32,000 nt of DNA, from positions 930,001-962,000 of the forward strand of contig JAIZWK010000001.1 of the NCBI GenBank assembly GCA_021498095.1, in the 5' to 3' direction. Origin of the DNA: Candidatus Harpocratesius repetitus (lineage in GTDB: Archaea > Asgardarchaeota > Lokiarchaeia > Sigyniarchaeales > Promethearchaeaceae). Below are positions 26,955 through 32,000 of this stretch, in pieces. How positions within the stretch are numbered: the stretch's first letter is position 1; the number at the start of each line of letters is the position of its first letter. Under the pieces are notes generated by a model that was not told where the DNA came from, made no database searches, and worked only from the letters and a program-made list of their open reading frames with translations. The position numbers were made by a program, and so were the translations under genes.

Positions 26955-27275
26955 GGGAATTCACTAGTAGTTATTCTTTTGTGCGAGATTTTCAAATAGA
27001 GTAATATTTTTTGAGAATGAATGGAAATTCTTTTTTCATTCTTAATTTGTTATTGAAAATTCACGCCAAAAATTATGGTAGGTGGTAATAATGCTCAAAA
27101 TTTTTAAAGGCTTGTTACCCAAATTGGGTCGTATTGAAATTCTTATTTTGGTAATTTTTGAAAAAAAAAGGTTTTACATATGTAATTACTTCAAATTAAT
27201 GAAAATAGATGAAGATAGAGAGGGAAGTATGGAGGATTGGGTGTTGATTAGTATAAGAAGTAGAGATATGAGTAG

Positions 27276-27329
27276 ATGGTTGAGATGTGAGCATATGGTT
27301 AAAATGTGAGCATATGGTTGAGATGTGAG
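27276..27329. repeat. 19-bp tandem repeat x3 (ATGGTTGAGATGTGAGCAT consensus)
   Basis: Copies at 27276-27294, 27295-27313 (ATGGTTAAAATGTGAGCAT) and 27314-27329 (partial). Confidence 0.9.
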
Positions 27330-27356
27330 TTGAAAGTGTTAAATTTGGAGAATGGG

Positions 27357-28730
27357 TTAATCGTAATCAGCGAATCTTTTATAATAATTTTGATCCGAAG
27401 GGTAAAAGCGCTGGTTGCGAGTTTCCAGGTAATAGCGATAAAGATTTTGCATTTCTTTGGTAATTTGTTCATCTGATGGCATGGGATTCAATGGGTCGAG
27501 CAGATAGGGATAAATCGCCGTTTTGTATAATAAATCATAACGATATTCGGTTACATTGTTTACGACTGCATCAAATGCGAGGGCAATTAAGGGATAACGA
27601 GGTTCGTCTTTATTTTTGCTTTTTTGTTTATGCTTTTCATTTTGTTTTTGTTTTTCATTTTGTTTTTGCTTTTTTTTCGTTATTTGAATAGTGTTTTGCT
27701 TTTTATTTTGCTGATTATTATCCTTATTCTTTTCGGATTTTTCTGCATAAAAATTATCTGCATAATAATTATCTTCATCATCAGTATCATCATATTTTTC
27801 TAAATTTTTTCCTAACCATATATCTTCAGGAAAGATGGGGCGTCCTGGGGCGGGATAGTTATTAGCTTTGTTGTATTGGCGTAAAAATTCTTCAAACAAG
27901 ACAAATTGACAATAAGGAGAATAAATTGAAGTATAATAAAAATTATGGCAATAAATCAAGCGGGCTCGCTTTTTCAGTATCGTGCGGAGCTGAGAATATG
28001 TAATTTCGATGGATGTCGGCGCAAAAATATTGATCGATTTAAGATCATGTGCACTGATCAATGTTTGGGGCAATTCAGTGATTTTTGGGCAGCAGTACAG
28101 GTCTATTCCTCGAAAATTGGGAGTGAGATCGAAATTATCTGGCAGGGAAGTAATTTTTGGAGTATAGAGAGAAAGACTCCTGAGTTTCGGGAAATTACTT
28201 AGAAAATTGCTTGGAAGAGACTCAAGGTTAGGCAAATATAAGCCTAATGCATTTAAATCATGAAATTTAAGCACCCAAGCAGGCACTTCGGTCATAAACT
28301 GGTCTTCAATATAGAAATAAGAAAGATTTGGGCAGAATTTGGGCAGCTGAGCTAAATGATCATCGAGATCTTGTGAAAATTCTCGGTGCATGCCCAATAA
28401 GCGGATACTATATATTTCTACTCCTGGATGAAGTTTTCCATAATGACTATTTTCTGGATCGTTCCTTTTGGGCATTCCATTTGGATAATTCATTCTAAAA
28501 TCGATAAATGGTGGATTTTTAGGATCAAATGCATTTTCTGGTTCTTCCCACAGTATTTTCAAATATTGGATATAATGGAAAACTTCGGGTTTTAATCCAT
28601 CAGAGAATAAATAATTATGAGGATAACGAGTCCGATAGCATAATCTTTTATCTTTATAAAAGTCAATATTATTATATTCTTTTCCAGGGTCTGGTGGTAA
28701 TTCAACAGCTATTTTTCCTTCTCCATTCAT
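27357..28730 (-). CDS. Leucine-rich-repeat protein with an acidic/basic low-complexity linker
   Basis: Four 23-24-aa repeats (PNLSYFYIEDQFMTEVPAWVLKF, HDLNALGLYLPNLESLPSNFLSNF, PKLRSLSLYTPKITSLPDNFDLT, PNFRGIDLYCCPKITELPQTLISA) plus a partial fifth; then DDTDDED and a K/Q/N-rich tract. Confidence 0.82.
   Translation of the reverse strand: MNGEGKIAVELPPDPGKEYNNIDFYKDKRLCYRTRYPHNYLFSDGLKPEVFHYIQYLKILWEEPENAFDPKNPPFIDFRMNYPNGMPKRNDPENSHYGKLHPGVEIYSIRLLGMHREFSQDLDDHLAQLPKFCPNLSYFYIEDQFMTEVPAWVLKFHDLNALGLYLPNLESLPSNFLSNFPKLRSLSLYTPKITSLPDNFDLTPNFRGIDLYCCPKITELPQTLISAHDLKSINIFAPTSIEITYSQLRTILKKRARLIYCHNFYYTSIYSPYCQFVLFEEFLRQYNKANNYPAPGRPIFPEDIWLGKNLEKYDDTDDEDNYYADNFYAEKSEKNKDNNQQNKKQNTIQITKKKQKQNEKQKQNEKHKQKSKNKDEPRYPLIALAFDAVVNNVTEYRYDLLYKTAIYPYLLDPLNPMPSDEQITKEMQNLYRYYLETRNQRFYPSDQNYYKRFADYD
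27634..27668 (-). repeat. 18-bp-period in-frame duplication (KQNEKQ) in the LRR protein linker
   Basis: Plus strand TTTTCATTTTGTTTTTG at 27634-27650 and 27652-27668. Confidence 0.8.
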
Positions 28731-28945
28731 AATATTTCAGTTCCCAACTTGATATTGCATTTATAGAGTTTTTCTATCCTTTAATTAAAAAAACGTTATT
28801 TAAGTTTTTCCTGATATTAATTTATTCGTTTTTAACTCATTTTTTTCATTCTATTCTGCTCTATCTAAATTGCTTTTTCTATCTTGAATTTTTCTTCTAT
28901 TTCTTTTATTCTTAAATAAATTCAAAAAAAGAGTTTTCTACCATT

Positions 28946-31900
28946 TTATACCCTTACCGGCTTATAATGACTCCATACATAGCCGAGATTATCTCTTCCT
29001 GAAGCCAATTTAGGTTGATCCATATGTAAAATGTTCCACCACCACTGCCGCATATCCATTGCACCTGAAAGTTCAAAAATAGGATTTCCATCTTTATCAG
29101 CTTGAACAGGATTTCCGTTTGCATCAAAAAATGTTCCCGGTGCAGGCCGACCATCCGATAAAAATAGGGTAGCAATATCCCCTTTGTGTTCTACTCCAAC
29201 CAATCCGAATTTTCTCATGAATGCATATGCCTCATCTGGTTTTTTAAAACCTAAAATTTCAATTATTTGTTTGTTTTGACCGTCAACCGTCATTGTGTTC
29301 GAAGAAGCTGCATAGTAAATAATCTGTGAAAATGAAAGACCTGCTTCAAACCCGTTGACTAACACATCGAGTAATGAATCCAACTCGCTGAATCCGAAAA
29401 GTGGGGCGTTGTTACCTATTGGTTTTCCACTTTTTTTATTCTGTTCATAGTATTCTTCAGTTTTATGTTGATAATATGAAATATAAAACGGTGTCAATCC
29501 ATTTTTTAGAAATTCTAAGCAATATTTCTGTTTATTTGGACCATATGGATCACCTCCAATATCTTTTTCTTTAAAACCTAAACATTCAAAAGTTATGGCT
29601 AATAAATCTTTAAATTGAATTTCTAGATCAAGAGTTTTCTGTCCTAATGAACCGGTTAATTTTTTGGATACAAGTTTTTTGAAAGTCTCTGAAGCGAAAA
29701 TGTTTTGGATATACGGCAATAATCTTTTAAATTTAATTGCCACTTCCAATTCATAATCGCTATTGAAAATTAACTTAATTGTTTTTTTTATTCCATTACA
29801 ATCTGTATAATCAAAACTTGCAAGAGGGATTGGTTTTAAAGCCATATCTGAAGATATTTGATTAAATAGTTGCTTTAAAGAAGGAATTTGATAATCTATT
29901 GGAATTTTCATTGCTGGGTTGGAAAACAAGCGATCATTAATTTTTAATAACCAATTTTTAAATAATCTTGAGTTTCCATAAAACATTTCATTGATTATAG
30001 TTTTCATGAATGAAGTTAATGAAATCATTGACGAAAGACTCATTAAGTTCACTTGGTGTCCACCTGAACTCCATAAATATTTATTAAAATCTTCTTTAAT
30101 CATTTCGTGGATTAATAAGATTTTATCTGCCCACTTATTTATATAATTTTTAATATTATTTGCGCGGAAAAATGTTGTTGGATTTATATTATCAATCCAA
30201 TTATTTCTAATTATAATTGGAAAATTCTCTTCAATGAATTTGAATTTATTTCTCAAAGATTTAATATAATTCAAAGCTGATGGTGAATAATCTAATAAAT
30301 CATCAAAAAAAGAAATAACACTTTTATATTTTCCGACATGTAAATTAAGAAATTGTTTTACTTCTTTTGCAGGGTAAGTACAAATGAATTCTAAATTAGA
30401 TAATTTAAGATCTAATGAATATGGTTCTTGCAACCATTGAATAATCGGTTCACCTGTCTTTGTTTTTATTTCTTGATTTAAAATATTATTTAAGAATTCA
30501 TCAGTCGGAATAATAAATGACTTAGATAAATCTTTGTTTATTCGAAAGATATATTTCATCACTTTTGGGATCATATCAGAATAATGTTTGTCAGTACGCT
30601 TTCCCTTTAATAGTGAATCTAGAGCCCAAATATATCTAGTTGACACACCTCTTTTTTCTGTGGTGAATCCTATCGATAAACCATAAATTAAATTTACAAA
30701 TGTAATTAGTAGTTCTTTTTGAAATTTACTGAAAATTTTTGAATTTGTTTTTGAATAAGCAAGTTTCTTAAATATTGCTAAGTCGTTATGAAAATCTTTT
30801 AAAGCTAAATGAACACTTTCACTAGAATCTCTAAAAATTATTAATTTTTCTTTTTTAATTTTAAAAGTTGAAATAGGATAAAAGAATATCTCATCTTCAA
30901 CAATTTTTATTGGAATAAGGTTGTTTTCATTTTGATAGGTAATATGTCCAACTCCTTTTTTAGAAACTTCATAATCCTTTAAGTATTTAATAACCATTGT
31001 TTCAGGATTTAAATTTTTATACATACTTAATAGATTTGGGTTGTATATTATATATTTGAGAACAATTGCGTCACGAAGAGTCATTCCGTTAGCTTTTTTT
31101 GGAAATAATTTCGAATTTCCACAAAGAGAAGAATCAATTTTTGGATTTTTTTTTAATTCAAGATATGGGTATCTAATTTCAGTATTATCGCGAATTGTCT
31201 TTATCATATCTTTTACTTTCGGCTCTAAGCGCGTTGAAAGTTTCTTTCTATAGAATTGAAATTTATTTTTAAAATTTTTTATATTAATAAGAAAATTAGG
31301 ATATGCAGACAATTGAATATTATTAATTAATAATTTCCTTTGATCTCTTTCCCAAATCTCCTTTTTAATTTTATATCCAAAATAAAAATGATTCCCTTTT
31401 TCTCCTAATTTTTTAATAGATATTAATGGAATCTTAATTTCTGACATATACTTTTTTGGATTTTTTGCAAAATCCGATATTTTCGTTTGTTTTCCAGGAT
31501 CAACTACTTCAACTTTGACTACTTCTGAGCGATGTTCAGTCACATATTTCTTGTCAATCCATCGAGCTCCAGTTTCAACATCTAAATCCATTGCTCTTCC
31601 ATCAGCATAAACGCAAATTACTTTACCATACTCAAATGTATAAACCACATCAATCGATCGCCCAGTTCCTTCTCCCACACCAAATAGTGCTTGATAATAT
31701 TTGCTGTCTTGTTGAATTACCGCCTGAAAATTTTCCCCAAACAATGCCATTGCTTCCAAGAGTGCCTTATTTCGTGCCCGAATTGAAAGGTGACAGCTGG
31801 GAAAATTCATAGATGTTAAAGCTTTAGGATTAAATTTATATCCTTGAACCCGCAGTGCTTCCCGTAAGGAAGATCGCATATTGGCTTGAAGAAATTGTGT

Positions 31901-32000
31901 GAAAGTACCGAATAATAAAGGCTGCTGCTGTAAAGATTGCGCTAATTGTTTCAAGCCTAAATTGGTGATCATTGTCCGCATTTGCTTGATAACTGCCGTG
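28946..32000 (-). CDS. Large hypothetical protein (>1011 aa), probably 5'-truncated by the window edge
   Basis: Uninterrupted 3-kb frame. Upstream of ATG 31981 the frame stays open to the edge (ACG GCA GTT ATC AAG CAA), so the true start may lie outside the window. No family recognised. Confidence 0.85.
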   Translation of the reverse strand, partial: TAVIKQMRTMITNLGLKQLAQSLQQQPLLFGTFTQFLQANMRSSLREALRVQGYKFNPKALTSMNFPSCHLSIRARNKALLEAMALFGENFQAVIQQDSKYYQALFGVGEGTGRSIDVVYTFEYGKVICVYADGRAMDLDVETGARWIDKKYVTEHRSEVVKVEVVDPGKQTKISDFAKNPKKYMSEIKIPLISIKKLGEKGNHFYFGYKIKKEIWERDQRKLLINNIQLSAYPNFLINIKNFKNKFQFYRKKLSTRLEPKVKDMIKTIRDNTEIRYPYLELKKNPKIDSSLCGNSKLFPKKANGMTLRDAIVLKYIIYNPNLLSMYKNLNPETMVIKYLKDYEVSKKGVGHITYQNENNLIPIKIVEDEIFFYPISTFKIKKEKLIIFRDSSESVHLALKDFHNDLAIFKKLAYSKTNSKIFSKFQKELLITFVNLIYGLSIGFTTEKRGVSTRYIWALDSLLKGKRTDKHYSDMIPKVMKYIFRINKDLSKSFIIPTDEFLNNILNQEIKTKTGEPIIQWLQEPYSLDLKLSNLEFICTYPAKEVKQFLNLHVGKYKSVISFFDDLLDYSPSALNYIKSLRNKFKFIEENFPIIIRNNWIDNINPTTFFRANNIKNYINKWADKILLIHEMIKEDFNKYLWSSGGHQVNLMSLSSMISLTSFMKTIINEMFYGNSRLFKNWLLKINDRLFSNPAMKIPIDYQIPSLKQLFNQISSDMALKPIPLASFDYTDCNGIKKTIKLIFNSDYELEVAIKFKRLLPYIQNIFASETFKKLVSKKLTGSLGQKTLDLEIQFKDLLAITFECLGFKEKDIGGDPYGPNKQKYCLEFLKNGLTPFYISYYQHKTEEYYEQNKKSGKPIGNNAPLFGFSELDSLLDVLVNGFEAGLSFSQIIYYAASSNTMTVDGQNKQIIEILGFKKPDEAYAFMRKFGLVGVEHKGDIATLFLSDGRPAPGTFFDANGNPVQADKDGNPIFELSGAMDMRQWWWNILHMDQPKLASGRDNLGYVWSHYKPVRV

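Noticed and set aside
27082-27309. 75-aa plus-strand ORF
   Set aside because: It arises from the C-depleted repeat tract, is antisense to all neighbours and lies over the POR upstream region.
9424-31812. Remaining 60-106-aa ORFs nested in or antisense to called genes
   Set aside because: All overlap well-supported CDSs in other frames and show no motifs.
1-32000. Transposase, integrase, rRNA or cas genes
   Set aside because: No supporting motifs or sequences were seen anywhere in the window.

Overview
This is a low-GC (roughly 30% by eye) archaeal chromosomal window, most consistent with an Asgard (Lokiarchaeia-like) genome. That assignment is inferred from a Roadblock-Rab GTPase fusion, an unsplit RpoB, two divergent TFB paralogs and an LRR protein. 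Most of the window is housekeeping: Sm/Lsm, class II aldolase, tRNA-Pro(CGG), rpoH-rpoB without a following rpoA, a SAM methyltransferase, cbf5, a phosphoribosyltransferase, an extended Cgi121-like gene, pelota, two radical SAM proteins, a nucleotidyltransferase, a GNAT, two TFBs flanking DsrE/ADP-ribosylglycohydrolase/FKBP genes, and a four-subunit 2-oxoacid:ferredoxin oxidoreductase operon (gamma-delta-alpha-beta). The most accessory-looking part is the right end (27.2-32 kb). It holds an extremely G-skewed tract with 3 x 19-bp repeats, a non-canonical LRR protein, and the 3' part of a >1000-aa orphan gene with mosaic GC content and a possible C-terminal PD-(D/E)xK motif; a polymorphic toxin plus LRR immunity pair is a hypothesis only. 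Other oddities are a full-length LarA-like gene with an in-frame TAA and lost cofactor ligands, a CX5CX3C radical SAM motif, GATC/TGATCA clusters upstream of Sm and TFB2, a 36-bp duplication behind Sm, and an uncalled 48-codon ORF. No database searches were run; family assignments come from motif recognition only.
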